This document shows, piece by piece, positions 8,541 through 19,231 of a stretch of DNA of 64,000 bases; position 1 is the stretch's first letter; each line of letters starts with the position of its first letter. The notes beneath the pieces are model-generated. The model had not been told where the DNA came from. It did no database searches and was given only the letters and a program-made list of their open reading frames with translations. The DNA is taken from contig CAVZQN010000006.1 in assembly GCA_963777505.1 (NCBI GenBank), forward strand, positions 423,119 to 487,118, read 5' to 3'. The stretch is from an uncultured bacterium (GTDB lineage Bacteria > Acidobacteriota > HRBIN11 > JAKEFK01). A program made the position numbers and the translations under genes.

Positions 8541-11072
8541 TCACAAATTGCCGGTGGCGGCCATTTCTTTCCGAAGTTTCGTCAAGGATTGTACTGTTTC
8601 ACGCGTTCGCTGATGGTCTTTTCCTAGTGACTTCTCTAAGCTTTCGGCGGCGGTAACCAGTAATTCTTCTGCCTCTTTATAGCGCTTTAATTTCGTCAGA
8701 TTATCGCCGAGGGCGCTTTGTGAGCTGGCAATTAACCAGTGTCCTTCTGGAAGCGTTTTCTTTCGAAGTTCTAAACTCTCGCGCAAAAAGGGTTCTGCTT
8801 TTGCCGGATCGCCTTTGTCAGATAAAACTCTTCCCATCAACTGCAATGAACTATGAATCAAACTGTGATTTTCTGGAAGTGTTGTGCCACGTAATAGTAG
8901 AATCTGATTCAAAATCGCTTCAGCATCCTGGTAATTGCCTTCGTCATAGATGAGATGAGCATAATTGTATTGTGTCCATGCAACCTGAGGATGGGAACTC
9001 CCCAATTTTTTTTCACGAATTGCGATCGATTCATTAAACATCTTTTTTGCTTCATTGGGATCTCGTTCTGAAATCAACGCGGCAATCGCACTTAATGCTG
9101 AAGCAACTTCAAGATGATCGCTACCTCGAATCTTTCTGATGATTCTCAGCGCCTCGCGCTGAAGTTGTTCCGCTTCTTTGAAATTTCCTTTTGTTCCGAG
9201 TACAACGCCCAGATCGTTCAAGCTTTCTGCAACAGCAACGCTTTCATTGCCGAAGATTTTTCGGCGAATCGCCAGTTCCTTGCGATGAGCTTGTTCGGCT
9301 CCTGTCAGGTCACCTTTCAGAAGCAAAAGTTCGCCAAGATTATTTAAAACCATCGCTGCGTATTCATGTTCTTCGCCGTGGATTGCTTGAATTATCGCAA
9401 GAGACTTCCTGAACATCGGTTCGGCGGTTTCAAGATCTCCTTTACTTTCGATTGCCAGCGCAAGATGGTTTAAGCTGAGCGCAACTTCAGGGCTTTGTTC
9501 AGAATGAAGTTTTATACGGAGATCGAGTGCGGATCGCAATAACGGCTCTGCAGCTTCATACAACCCGAGCCCCATATACGTTTTCGCAAGAGTCGTTTTT
9601 ACTTCAGCAGCAATTTCGGGCTGACCTTTTAGTTCGGAATCAACACGATTTGAAGCTTCTTCCAATATTTCTGCAACCGTTACATCTTTTCCGCTGGCTT
9701 CAGGATCGGCGGAACTCAACATACTTTGCACAAATGTATTAATTTGTTCAGCCTTTCTTGCTTCAAGACGGGCTCGATCACGCTCCTGCCGCGCAATTCT
9801 TGCTTGCCATGTTGTGGTAATAATTCCAGCGATGAGACTGATGAGCACCAGCAGAACCGCGGCGGCGCCTGCTTTATGACGCGAAATAAATTTTCCGGAT
9901 CGATATCGAATCGTATCTTTCCGTGCACTCACAGGTAACGATTCAATGTGGCGCCGAATGTCTTCAGAGAATTGATCCACGGATACGTAACGGCGCGCAG
10001 GCTCTTTACGCAAAGCCATCATCAGGATGTTGTCTAAATCGCCGCTGAGCTGTCGTTGTAAACGTTCAGGCGTTGTCGCGCGAAGCACATGAACCGGTTC
10101 AGGCAATGCTTCTTTCAAAACGATCGTTCTTGTGATTGCAGAACTTGGACGTTCCGGCTGTTCTTCACATACAATGCGAGCAACTTCGAGAGCTTCTCGA
10201 TTCTTGAAATGATATGGAAGATGTCCGGTCAGGATCTGATAAAGCAAAACACCAAGCGAATAAATATCACTCGCAATGTTCAACGGTTCGCCACGAATTT
10301 GTTCAGGACTGGCATACTCTGGAGTCATTCTTCTGAGAACCGTTACGGTGCGTTCCGCTGCATCTGAAAGAGAGTCAGGACTCAGCAGCTTTGAAATACC
10401 AAAATCAAGTAATTTTGGAACGCCATCTGATGTCACCAGAATATTGCTTGGTTTAATATCGAGATGCACGATCAGGTTTTGATGTGCATATTGAACGGCA
10501 GAGCAAACTGTACGAAACAACAACAAACGCTGAATGAGTGTCAAACGGTTGTTGTCACAAAATTCATCGATCGGAAGACCTTCAACGTAATCCATAACAA
10601 GGTATGGAATACCAGTCGGTGTGGTTCCGCCATCAATTAGACTCCCAATATTTGTGTGACTCAGTTCTGCAAGGATCTGTCTTTCTCGATGAAATCTACC
10701 GATTTGGTCTGGACCCATTCCAGGTTGAACAAGCTTAATCGCTACCTCTTTGCGAAATTGATCATCGGCTCGTTCTGCAAGATAAACAGCACCCATCCCG
10801 CCACGTCCAATTTCACGCACAATTTTGTATTTCCCAACTTGATCGCCAATCAACTGACGCGTTTGATCTTGAACAAATGCATTGAAAGCGTGGAGTCCAA
10901 CAGTAGACTCTAGAAAGCGATTTGAACTTTCGTGAGATTCAACAAGCGAAATCACTTCACTGCGTAATGTGGTGTCTTCACTGCATGCGGTATCCAGATA
11001 GCCTGGACGTTCTTCTTCCGGCAGTTCCAGAGCATTCTGGAAAATTTCTTGAATTTTATCCCATCGATTCAT
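8541..11072 (-). CDS. Ser/Thr protein kinase with TM helix and TPR repeats
   Basis: 'IGRGGMGAVY', 'VAIK', 'HLDIKPSN', 'DFG', 'TPEYASPEQ', then a TM segment and kinesin-light-chain-type TPRs. Start at MNRWDKIQE (11072). Confidence 0.92.
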   Translation of the reverse strand: MNRWDKIQEIFQNALELPEEERPGYLDTACSEDTTLRSEVISLVESHESSNRFLESTVGLHAFNAFVQDQTRQLIGDQVGKYKIVREIGRGGMGAVYLAERADDQFRKEVAIKLVQPGMGPDQIGRFHRERQILAELSHTNIGSLIDGGTTPTGIPYLVMDYVEGLPIDEFCDNNRLTLIQRLLLFRTVCSAVQYAHQNLIVHLDIKPSNILVTSDGVPKLLDFGISKLLSPDSLSDAAERTVTVLRRMTPEYASPEQIRGEPLNIASDIYSLGVLLYQILTGHLPYHFKNREALEVARIVCEEQPERPSSAITRTIVLKEALPEPVHVLRATTPERLQRQLSGDLDNILMMALRKEPARRYVSVDQFSEDIRRHIESLPVSARKDTIRYRSGKFISRHKAGAAAVLLVLISLIAGIITTTWQARIARQERDRARLEARKAEQINTFVQSMLSSADPEASGKDVTVAEILEEASNRVDSELKGQPEIAAEVKTTLAKTYMGLGLYEAAEPLLRSALDLRIKLHSEQSPEVALSLNHLALAIESKGDLETAEPMFRKSLAIIQAIHGEEHEYAAMVLNNLGELLLLKGDLTGAEQAHRKELAIRRKIFGNESVAVAESLNDLGVVLGTKGNFKEAEQLQREALRIIRKIRGSDHLEVASALSAIAALISERDPNEAKKMFNESIAIREKKLGSSHPQVAWTQYNYAHLIYDEGNYQDAEAILNQILLLRGTTLPENHSLIHSSLQLMGRVLSDKGDPAKAEPFLRESLELRKKTLPEGHWLIASSQSALGDNLTKLKRYKEAEELLVTAAESLEKSLGKDHQRTRETVQSLTKLRKEMAATGNL

Positions 11073-11110
11073 AAGAAATGAAATACTCACCGCAAGTGCG
11101 CAAAGAAATC

Positions 11111-11680
11111 CTAAGTACCTTTTATTTCGCGGTGCAGCCAGGCTCGCGCAAAATTCCAATCTCGCAAAACTGTATTGGATGAAATTTTCAAAACTTCGGC
11201 AGTCTCTTCAACAGATAAACCTCCAAAATAGCGAAGCTCCACAACTTGTGTTTTGCGTTTATCAAGTGCAGAAAGCCTTTCAAGAGCATCATTTAAGATG
11301 AGTAGCTCTTCATTTTTTTCTTCGGAAACAAGGGCTGCTTCATCGAGGGGAATTATCTGTGTACCGCCACCTCGTTTTGCATAACGATTTCTTCGGGCAT
11401 GATCAACTAGAATTCTTCGCATCATCTGCGCAGCAATTCCAAAAAATTGCGCACGGTTCTGCCAATGAACATTCCGTTGATCAACCAGTCTTAGATAGGC
11501 TTCATTTACTAAGGCAGTCGTTTGCAAGACATGACCCGGACGCTCCCGGCCCATGTATCGGGCTGCTAGTCTGTGTAATTCTTCGTAAACCAGAGGAGTT
11601 AATCGCTCAAGAGCTGATTCGTCGCCCTTCCCCCAGTCAACAAGCCATTGTGTAACTTTTTCTGGCGATGGATCCGTCAT
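11111..11680 (-). CDS. ECF sigma factor, kinase-associated (TIGR02999/ECF43-like)
   Basis: 'VYEELHRLA', '[14 protein letters not shown]', '[24 protein letters not shown]', '[11 protein letters not shown]...[10 protein letters not shown]'; directly upstream of the kinase. Confidence 0.9.
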   Translation of the reverse strand: MTDPSPEKVTQWLVDWGKGDESALERLTPLVYEELHRLAARYMGRERPGHVLQTTALVNEAYLRLVDQRNVHWQNRAQFFGIAAQMMRRILVDHARRNRYAKRGGGTQIIPLDEAALVSEEKNEELLILNDALERLSALDKRKTQVVELRYFGGLSVEETAEVLKISSNTVLRDWNFARAWLHREIKGT

Positions 11681-11958
11681 CCTTCCCCATGATTCTCTGG
11701 ATTCCAGGCTTTTATCTTATTTCGAGCATCTTTGATCCGTCAAATTAATATTCTTCGACCTCATGAGAGTCTTTTTGAATTTTTCTCGCGTTTGATAGTA
11801 GGGGAATGTTTCCCCTGCGTTTAAGGGCATACTCCAATGGACGCGCGCACCCTACTAAACCCTGTGCGCGTCGCGGTGGCCGGTCTGGATTGGACTCAGT
11901 CCAGGCCGGTCTTTTACCGATGGATAAAACCATCCCGCTCCATATACTATTAGTAAAT

Positions 11959-12759
11959 ATGAAGACCTTAAGTTTGTGTATGGCGGTTTTGGTGATAAGT
12001 ACTTCGCTTTTTGCTGACACGCTGGTATTAAAGAACGGTAAGAAAATAGAAGGTACTGTAGTTGAGGAAGATGCTGAAGGTTATCGCATCCGTGATTCGC
12101 AAGGAATTGTGATTTTTGTAAAGAAATCGCAGTTGGATGCTAACGCTAGTCAAATCACAAGAGAACCAGAACCAGATACATCGAAAGCCAAAAATGAACA
12201 GCCGGAAATTACATCGAAAAATCCTTCGAGTGTTGCAGAAGTAGCGCGCGAATCCCGTGATAACAAAAAGGGAAATGTTCGAGTGCTGCGAAAAGAGGAT
12301 CTGGATAAAATGCCTGAGGTTTCAATTATCGGAACCGAAACAGCTGTTGAAGAAGAAGGCGAAGAAGGGTCTGATCCCGCAGAAGAAAGAACTACTGAAG
12401 ATCGAACATCCGTACGATCGGAAGAATATTGGAAAGAAGAAACACGTCGTTTCGCAATTTCAATTCGCGACGCTCAGCGCGATGCGGAAGAACTGGATCA
12501 AGAATGCGAAGATCTAGGTAAGCAAGCGGCTTATGCAGTGACTGATCCCACACAGTATGTCGAAATTAACGGCGTTTTGATCCCGATAGCTGGCAGCGGT
12601 TATGATGCATCTACGATTCAAGCGGCGCAGGAAGTATGCCGTGACGCCGAAAAGGCAAAAAAGGAACTTTCCAGGCTTCAGCAGGATCTTGAGGAATTTC
12701 AGGATTATGCTCGTCGACAAGGAGCATTGCCTGGTTGGGTCGATCCTGATCGATTGTAA
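11959..12759 (+). CDS. Hypothetical secreted protein
   Basis: Signal peptide followed by 'ADTLVLKNGKKIEG', an acidic linker and a coiled coil ending 'ARRQGALPGW'. Confidence 0.7.
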   Translation: MKTLSLCMAVLVISTSLFADTLVLKNGKKIEGTVVEEDAEGYRIRDSQGIVIFVKKSQLDANASQITREPEPDTSKAKNEQPEITSKNPSSVAEVARESRDNKKGNVRVLRKEDLDKMPEVSIIGTETAVEEEGEEGSDPAEERTTEDRTSVRSEEYWKEETRRFAISIRDAQRDAEELDQECEDLGKQAAYAVTDPTQYVEINGVLIPIAGSGYDASTIQAAQEVCRDAEKAKKELSRLQQDLEEFQDYARRQGALPGWVDPDRL

Positions 12760-12891
12760 CCGCCAGAAACAACCTCTAATTTGGCTTCACCTCCTCGGCA
12801 GGGCTCTCTAAGTCCTATAGGTATACGCAACAACGAAAACCTCCTGCCGATAATTCAATTGGTTAGGGCAAACGCCCAGGAGGTGCCGAAA

Positions 12892-13308
12892 ATGATTTCA
12901 CCTATTGGTTCCGGTTATTCATCACCGGTTTATATTCAGCCGCCCGACCTTCAAAACAATCAGGATACACAGGTCTCTTCATCTGTTGCACAGAAAGCCG
13001 GTGTCAGAAAGGGAATCGCAGAATACCAGGATTCATATGTGTCTCCGCAGTTTGAAGATCAATCTATAAAATCTGCAGAGACTGAAAAGTCAAAGAAAAA
13101 TAATTTTGAAATTCGTTTCCACATCGAAGAAACTGATCAAAAGTGGGTGCGACGGTATGAAAATTTGAGAATGGTCAATGAAGCGCAGAAAGCAGAACAG
13201 ACAAATGCTTTTCGCCCTGATCAACCCGTCGCCCAGATTCAACCGGCAGTTGATCCTGCACTGAATGCTGCAATCACTGCAAACATGCTATCTATGATCC
13301 GCGTTTAA
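12892..13308 (+). CDS. Hypothetical protein
   Basis: AGGAGG Shine-Dalgarno before ATG 12892 (MISPIGSGYSS...). Confidence 0.6.
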   Translation: MISPIGSGYSSPVYIQPPDLQNNQDTQVSSSVAQKAGVRKGIAEYQDSYVSPQFEDQSIKSAETEKSKKNNFEIRFHIEETDQKWVRRYENLRMVNEAQKAEQTNAFRPDQPVAQIQPAVDPALNAAITANMLSMIRV

Positions 13309-13350
13309 CCAACCAATCCTCAGGCAATAACAAGCCTTCAAAAAAGAATC

Positions 13351-13380
13351 AAGGGGCGCAACCGCGCCCCGTTTTGTTTT
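13351..13380. terminator. Intrinsic terminator between convergent genes
   Basis: ggggcgc-aacc-gcgcccc hairpin followed by gttttgtttt. Confidence 0.7.
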
Positions 13381-13957
13381 AAGGTTGCTGTGGTGGAGGA
13401 ACATAATCCGGAACTGTATTTTTAATTGGAGGAATTGATCGCAAGTAACCAAAGATGGCTTTCAAATCTCCATCAGTCATTTTTGAGTAAGATTGCCATG
13501 GCATAGGAGGCATAATCGGACGAGATGTTCCGAAATGTTTTCCGGTTCTTATAGCTTTTATAAAAATATCTTCGGTCCAAATTCCCATTCCTGTGTTTTG
13601 ATCAGGCGTCAAATTCGGCGAATATGTAACACCAAATGGTCCGTAAAATGCGGTATTCGTGCCGGCGCCGCCCCAAATCCAGGGACCTTGTGGAGCTGGT
13701 GGTGGCGGGAGTATTTCCGACTCGGGATGCCCCGATAGCATTCGTGTCATATCAGGTTCCGGCCCATTCGCTCCCATCTTAAATGGTGTGTGACAGTCAT
13801 TACAGGCAAGGATTGTTACGAGATATTTACCGCGGGCTGCAGGATCTTCCTTTGGCATTTGTTTTTCAGCTACAGTCTCCGTTTGCTTTGGTGTCTGCTG
13901 ACAGCCCATGATGGATAAACTTCCAATCAGGAATGCTACAGAAATGATTCGGATCAT
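13379..13957 (-). CDS. Cytochrome c lipoprotein (single CxxCH)
   Basis: Lipobox-like IMGC; 'ARGKYLV..ACNDCHTP', 'NLTPD..TGMG.W', 'MPPMPW'. Confidence 0.85.
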   Translation of the reverse strand: MIRIISVAFLIGSLSIMGCQQTPKQTETVAEKQMPKEDPAARGKYLVTILACNDCHTPFKMGANGPEPDMTRMLSGHPESEILPPPPAPQGPWIWGGAGTNTAFYGPFGVTYSPNLTPDQNTGMGIWTEDIFIKAIRTGKHFGTSRPIMPPMPWQSYSKMTDGDLKAIFGYLRSIPPIKNTVPDYVPPPQQP

Positions 13958-14024
13958 CGATTAACCTCCTCCGTTGTTTTTTTGAGAGACTTCGAGTGCA
14001 GCAGTTTATTTTAACGCAAGATTT

Positions 14025-14759
14025 TTATTTGGGGAGATTGTTTGACAGAAGCGAATCAAGACTAAATGAACCTGAGAGAAGACAAGCGTGACCATGATTT
14101 GGAAGAAGATGGATTCTGGCATTCGGAATTTGATCCGCCATCAATTTTGCTTCTTTCACTGATGGGATAATCTTGTCGCGACCAGCTGCAACAATCGTTA
14201 CAGGTACATGAATATCCGAAAGTCTTGCGCGGACATCGTGCGAGGAAATCAATTTCATTCTTTGACGATATGCTGGATATGTGTGTGACCATGAATATTT
14301 AAAAAGCACTTCAATTCCTTTTTCATCGACCAGTTCACTCAATAAAATTGGCCGGGTCAGAATATCTCGGCTTTTCCGAATGACTGGCACAAATGCAAAG
14401 GGCAGTAAAGTTTTTGCAAGCCAGAGTAACTTGCGTCTTCGAAAATAAGGAAATGTATTTACAAGCACAAGTTGCTCAATCCTCTCTTGATGATCTAAAG
14501 CGAAATGAAGTGCAACCGTTCCGCCAAAGGATTCACCGATCACAGTTGCTTTTTCAATCTGTTCTTGATTCAAGATTTCGAGAACATCGCTCTCCAGATC
14601 AGAATAAGTAAAAGACGCTTCATTGCGCAGTGCAAAAGTGATTACGGTGTGGTTTGAACTTAAGCTTTCAACTTGCCGCGAAAAGAGCCGACCGGTTCCA
14701 TCAAGTCCCGGGATACAAATCAGGAAGGGTCCGCTCCCTGTCCGCTTGTACTCAATCAT
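14025..14759 (-). CDS. Alpha/beta hydrolase
   Basis: 'PGLDG' oxyanion motif, GESFGG nucleophile elbow, 'DKIIP' Asp, 'GHACL' His. Confidence 0.88.
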   Translation of the reverse strand: MIEYKRTGSGPFLICIPGLDGTGRLFSRQVESLSSNHTVITFALRNEASFTYSDLESDVLEILNQEQIEKATVIGESFGGTVALHFALDHQERIEQLVLVNTFPYFRRRKLLWLAKTLLPFAFVPVIRKSRDILTRPILLSELVDEKGIEVLFKYSWSHTYPAYRQRMKLISSHDVRARLSDIHVPVTIVAAGRDKIIPSVKEAKLMADQIPNARIHLLPNHGHACLLSGSFSLDSLLSNNLPK

Positions 14760-14794
14760 ATTGTAAGAATAATAAGATAAAGCGAGGAAAAACT

Positions 14795-16084
14795 ATGCGC
14801 ACCCTTCTTATCATTGCCGGGTTCTTCTTACTGTTTTCCCCTTTCGTTGAAGCACAACAAGAGACTAAGGATTCTACGACTTCGAGGGTTCAGATCGAAG
14901 AGAAATCAGCTCGTGTACCTGTTCCAGTTATGACCGAGAAAGCCGTTCGATATTACAAAAGCGGAGTAGTGCTCTGGTTTACGAATACCGTATTAGGGTT
15001 GCTGATTCCTGCGCTCTTTTTATTTACAGGACTTTCTGCAAGGATCCGTGATTGGGCACAGAAAACAGGCCGCAAGTGGTTTTTTGTTATTGCCATTTAT
15101 TTCATCATCTTCACAATACTAAACTTTTTGATCTATTTTCCACTTTCCTACTATCAGGATTTTGTACGCCAGCATGCTTACGGTTTATCGAATCAGACGT
15201 TTAGCAAATGGATGGGAGATTCATTGAAAGGATTGTTGATCGGTTTGATCATGGGCGTGCTCTTTTTATGGATCCCTTACCTCTTGCTGGAAAAGAGCCC
15301 GAAGCGATGGTGGCTCTATACAAGTATTCTGGCCATTCCATTCTTTTTGCTTATGATTTTGATCGCTCCAATCTGGATAGATCCGCTGTTCAATAAATTT
15401 GGGCCAATGAAAAATAAATCACTTGAACAAAAAATTCTGGCACTGGCGGATCGAGTGGGAATTGAAGGTAGCCGCGTTTTCGAAGTTGACAAAAGCGTTG
15501 ATACGAAAACTGTAAATGCGTATGTTACAGGTTTCAAAAATACGAAGCGGATTGTTTTATGGGACACCATCATTTCTAAACTGACTGAAAGACAACTTCT
15601 TGTCGTCATGGGACACGAAATGGGTCACTATGTTCTGGGGCATGTTTGGAAATCCGTTGCCTTTTTCTCTGTACTTACTCTCCTGATACTGTATGCTGCC
15701 TATCGTACTGCTGGCGGATTCATTCAACGCTATAAGAATCGTTTTGGTTTTGACAGGCTATCCGATATCGCATCCTTGCCGTTGATTCTCTTACTGGTTA
15801 ACATTTTTTCGCTTGTGATTCAGCCTGCAGCATTTACATTTACGCGTCATCAAGAACATGAATCCGACCGTTTCGCGCTGGAAGTAACAAGGGATAATTA
15901 TGAAGCAGCAAACGCGTTTGTAAGATTGCAACAAGAAAACTTGAGCAACCCAAGACCGGGTCTAATTATGAAATTAATGCGAGCGACCCATCCACCATTG
16001 GGTGAACGGATCGATTTTTGTAATGAATACCGTCCATGGGAAACGGGACAGCCATTGAAATATGAACACCTGATTAGGAAGTAA
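14795..16084 (+). CDS. M48 family (Ste24-like) membrane metallopeptidase
   Basis: 'NAYVTG', 'KRIVLWDT', HEMGH, 'EHESDRFA', 'THPPLGERI'. Confidence 0.92.
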   Translation: MRTLLIIAGFFLLFSPFVEAQQETKDSTTSRVQIEEKSARVPVPVMTEKAVRYYKSGVVLWFTNTVLGLLIPALFLFTGLSARIRDWAQKTGRKWFFVIAIYFIIFTILNFLIYFPLSYYQDFVRQHAYGLSNQTFSKWMGDSLKGLLIGLIMGVLFLWIPYLLLEKSPKRWWLYTSILAIPFFLLMILIAPIWIDPLFNKFGPMKNKSLEQKILALADRVGIEGSRVFEVDKSVDTKTVNAYVTGFKNTKRIVLWDTIISKLTERQLLVVMGHEMGHYVLGHVWKSVAFFSVLTLLILYAAYRTAGGFIQRYKNRFGFDRLSDIASLPLILLLVNIFSLVIQPAAFTFTRHQEHESDRFALEVTRDNYEAANAFVRLQQENLSNPRPGLIMKLMRATHPPLGERIDFCNEYRPWETGQPLKYEHLIRK

Positions 16085-16309
16085 TCTGTTTCGTTAAGGT
16101 TAATTTCCTGCCGCAGTGTTTCGATTTTGTGACACGCTGGATTTGGACGAGCCAACCGATTAAGAATCAGTATTCCAATCGGAAAATGGATCCGGCGTCT
16201 CATTCATGGGACGCCTCTCGTCTACAATAACAAGGAGCAATCTGGCTTGCTCTTTGCTATATTAAACTCAGACGAATCCTCTGTGAGACGAGTGAAGTGA
16301 GGATTGGTC

Positions 16310-16924
16310 ATGAAAAAAGCTTCCATTACGCTCCTGATCTTAGTGATTCTCATTCCTGCGGGGTTTGTTCAAGGCGGGAATGGTCAGAGTAAGAAATTCG
16401 CCGCAAAGGCATTCGTTTTAGATCCTGAAGATACAGATTTAGTGGCATCCGCCTGGCTGACACGAGTTGGATTGCCTGATGCCGGAAATTCGAGACATGC
16501 ATTGTATCTGCAAAAAGATACATTAAGCGCCACTAACGCGTCAGCAGGTGCAAAAATCCGCTGGTTGAAAGACAAACTCGTTACAGATTTGACAGAGTTA
16601 GGATTCGACTATCTTAATGGCGGACACTGTACTGCGACCTCTCCGCGTTTTGTTGTGACAATCGATACTGTTGATTATACGCTCGGCTGCACTGCGGGAG
16701 TTGCTACTCCAGCTCCAGATGATGTTGTGAACTGGACGCGTGTGCGATTCGGACCAGCCGAATTTGCGGGAGCAGGATTTCCAGCCGTCGGAATAATCAA
16801 CGATGCAAAGATCATTTTCGATGAAGGTACTGATGCCGGAACTGGCTCCACGTATCTCGATAACATCGACATAAACGCGTCTCTAATTGGAAAGCCGGGT
16901 AAAGCGAAACCGCCAAAATTATAA
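16310..16924 (+). CDS. Hypothetical secreted beta-rich protein
   Basis: Signal peptide, two Cys, C-terminal 'IIFDEG...YLDNIDIN'; followed by a terminator. Confidence 0.7.
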   Translation: MKKASITLLILVILIPAGFVQGGNGQSKKFAAKAFVLDPEDTDLVASAWLTRVGLPDAGNSRHALYLQKDTLSATNASAGAKIRWLKDKLVTDLTELGFDYLNGGHCTATSPRFVVTIDTVDYTLGCTAGVATPAPDDVVNWTRVRFGPAEFAGAGFPAVGIINDAKIIFDEGTDAGTGSTYLDNIDINASLIGKPGKAKPPKL

Positions 16925-16967
16925 GTCTCCACCTTATCGGACCCGAGACCTTACGCTTTTGATTTAT

Positions 16968-16998
16968 GGGCCAGGGCTTCACTGGCCCTTTTATTTTC
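16968..16998 (+). terminator. Intrinsic terminator
   Basis: gggccag...ctggccc stem followed by ttttattttc. Confidence 0.65.
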
Positions 16999-17159
16999 AT
17001 AAAAAGGGATATGACACAAGAACTATGGGCGGGTTGGTCAAAGCTGGGGTTCTGCTGTACGATCAGAAATCGCAAAACCTTTGATCAGAGATGGGTCATT
17101 CTTTGTTGCCGGACAAAAGGTAATTGAAGAATTCTCGGTTCTTGCAAAACTGTGGATAG

Positions 17160-17507
17160 TTAAAAAGAACTTAGCGCAGAAGCTTCATCATCATACAATT
17201 CGAAAATTCCGAGCAAACCTGTCAATTTCAATGTGTGTTGAATAAATTTTCCAGCCTGAAGAAGCTTGAATTTGCCGCCGCTCTTGGAAATCGTTGTGAA
17301 ACTCTTTACAAGCGCTCCAACACCTGAGCTGTCCATGAATTCCACACCTTGAAGATTTACAAGAATATTCGTTTGTTTACGAGAAGAAAGCTCGGCGACT
17401 GTATCTTTAAATAATTGTTCAGGAGCACCCAGAGTGAGATTCCCCGAGAGGTCAAGAACGACAACATCACCCTTTTTCCGTTTTTGAATATCTAAGACAT
17501 CAGCCAT
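17160..17507 (-). CDS. STAS-domain anti-sigma factor antagonist (RsbV/SpoIIAA-like)
   Basis: 'VLDLSGNL', 'VEFMDSSGVGALV' phospho-Ser motif, 'LKLTGLLGIF'. Confidence 0.92.
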   Translation of the reverse strand: MADVLDIQKRKKGDVVVLDLSGNLTLGAPEQLFKDTVAELSSRKQTNILVNLQGVEFMDSSGVGALVKSFTTISKSGGKFKLLQAGKFIQHTLKLTGLLGIFELYDDEASALSSF

Positions 17508-17644
17508 TTTCGAGTACTATTATAACCTTGTCTATACTGTAATTCCATGACTGCAGCTACGGGGAAGTAGTTGATCATTATTGCAGCAAGGCTTGTAAGG
17601 TCATAAATTCTTAAAAGCGCGAGTTTGGATCAGGGAGCAGATAC

Positions 17645-19207
17645 ATGAAGGGATTGCCTTCCGTTTCAATCATTGTTTTTCTGGTATGTTTTTCGTCTGA
17701 AGTTTTTGCCGAATCGATTCAAGGGATGTTCATAAGGATGAACATCGAAATTCAGTCTTCAGAAGTCAGGTTGATTCGTGCAACAGTTCATTCGGGTGAA
17801 GTGCAAAAGCGAAAACTTTCAATCGAACATCGTAACGATCCACTTTTATTTCGAATCGTATCAAATAAAGGAGGGATACTCTTTGAAGATACGTTGCAGG
17901 ACCCCAGAACAATATTTTTTGATGAACCAGATTTAACCGGCCGTTTGCATGGCGGGACAATCCGAAATAGAAATGGCATCGCCACTGTTACGCTTCCATT
18001 CTTCAGCAATTCAGCGAGTATCGATTTTTTTCATCGCGTATTAGAACCTAAGGACGGCAATGCAATCCACTCAAAGCGTTTGGATAAATTAGGTTCGATC
18101 CGGATAGAGGAAATGGCTGCTTCAATGCGAGCAGCAAAAGCCCTTCCTGAAATTGCCCCGGTTAATATACAAAAGACTGGAAAGCCGGAAAACAGAATTG
18201 ACATGGTGTTTCTAGCGGAAGGTTATACAGCAGAACAAAGAGCATCGTTTTTAGCAACAGTTCGAAAAGTTGTTGCAAGCTGGAAAAAATTATTTCCGTG
18301 GTCGGAATATTTTCGATTGTTGAACATTTATGCCGTGCCTCTTGTGTCTGAGGAGTCAGGCGCAGATCATCCAGGAACAAATAAAAATACGGCTCTCGAT
18401 GCCGTATATGGATGCTTCGGCGTTCCTCGTTTGCTTTGCATCAGTTACGAAAAGGCTTTTGCAGCGGCTGCGGATTCTGTTCCACAATTTGATTTCGCAA
18501 TTGCAGTTGTCAATGATCCTGAATATGGCGGATCAGGCGGTCCCGTTTCTGTTTTCTCAATTAATAATGAGGCGCAGCAAATTTTCTTTCATGAAATTGC
18601 TCACACATATGCCTCACTTGCCGATGAGTATGATGCTGTAAATCCGAGCCCGCCACCATTTACGGAAGCATTGTATCCAAATGTTACGCAAATTAAGGAC
18701 AGAACCACAATCAAATGGAAGGATTGGATTCTTCCTGAAACACCTGTGCCGACTCCAACTACACTGACCGATGTAATCGGAATCTTTCAGGGAGCGTTTT
18801 TTCATCCTACAGAGTATGTTCGTCCCAAAGCAGATTGTTTAATGCGGACCCTTGGTGTGGAATTGGATTCGGTGTGTGCAGAAGCTCACATACTGCAAGC
18901 TTTGGAACGGATCGCGTTCATAGATAATCCTACGCCAGCTAACACCGAGATTGTGTTGTCCAGAAATGCAGCGCAACAATTCAAAGTGAAACCTGCACCT
19001 GTGCCTTTAGTGCGGCTACAATTTGAATGGTTTGTGGATGGAGTTCTTCAAAGCAGCACCAGGTCAAATTTCAATTTGGCGAAAAATCAACTTCCTGCAG
19101 GTAACCATCAAGTGGTGGTAAAAATAACTGACAAAACGACTCATATAAAAAGGGATCCTCAAAAACTGCGGACTGACTCTTTCACCTGGAACCTAACGAT
19201 CCAATAA
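17645..19207 (+). CDS. M64 family (IgA peptidase-like) secreted metallopeptidase
   Basis: 'IDMVFLAEGYT', 'EYGGSGG', 'HEIAHTYASLADEY', 'CLMR...VC'; C-terminal Ig-like domain. Confidence 0.88.
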   Translation: MKGLPSVSIIVFLVCFSSEVFAESIQGMFIRMNIEIQSSEVRLIRATVHSGEVQKRKLSIEHRNDPLLFRIVSNKGGILFEDTLQDPRTIFFDEPDLTGRLHGGTIRNRNGIATVTLPFFSNSASIDFFHRVLEPKDGNAIHSKRLDKLGSIRIEEMAASMRAAKALPEIAPVNIQKTGKPENRIDMVFLAEGYTAEQRASFLATVRKVVASWKKLFPWSEYFRLLNIYAVPLVSEESGADHPGTNKNTALDAVYGCFGVPRLLCISYEKAFAAAADSVPQFDFAIAVVNDPEYGGSGGPVSVFSINNEAQQIFFHEIAHTYASLADEYDAVNPSPPPFTEALYPNVTQIKDRTTIKWKDWILPETPVPTPTTLTDVIGIFQGAFFHPTEYVRPKADCLMRTLGVELDSVCAEAHILQALERIAFIDNPTPANTEIVLSRNAAQQFKVKPAPVPLVRLQFEWFVDGVLQSSTRSNFNLAKNQLPAGNHQVVVKITDKTTHIKRDPQKLRTDSFTWNLTIQ

Positions 19208-19231
19208 ATTATTAAAAAATCATCAAAAATT

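Noticed and set aside
16140-16300. Riboswitch or ncRNA in the leader of the secreted protein
   Set aside because: Some pairing potential (ctcgtct/agacgag, gagcaa/ttgctc), but no recognisable riboswitch consensus; an Rfam/Infernal search is needed.
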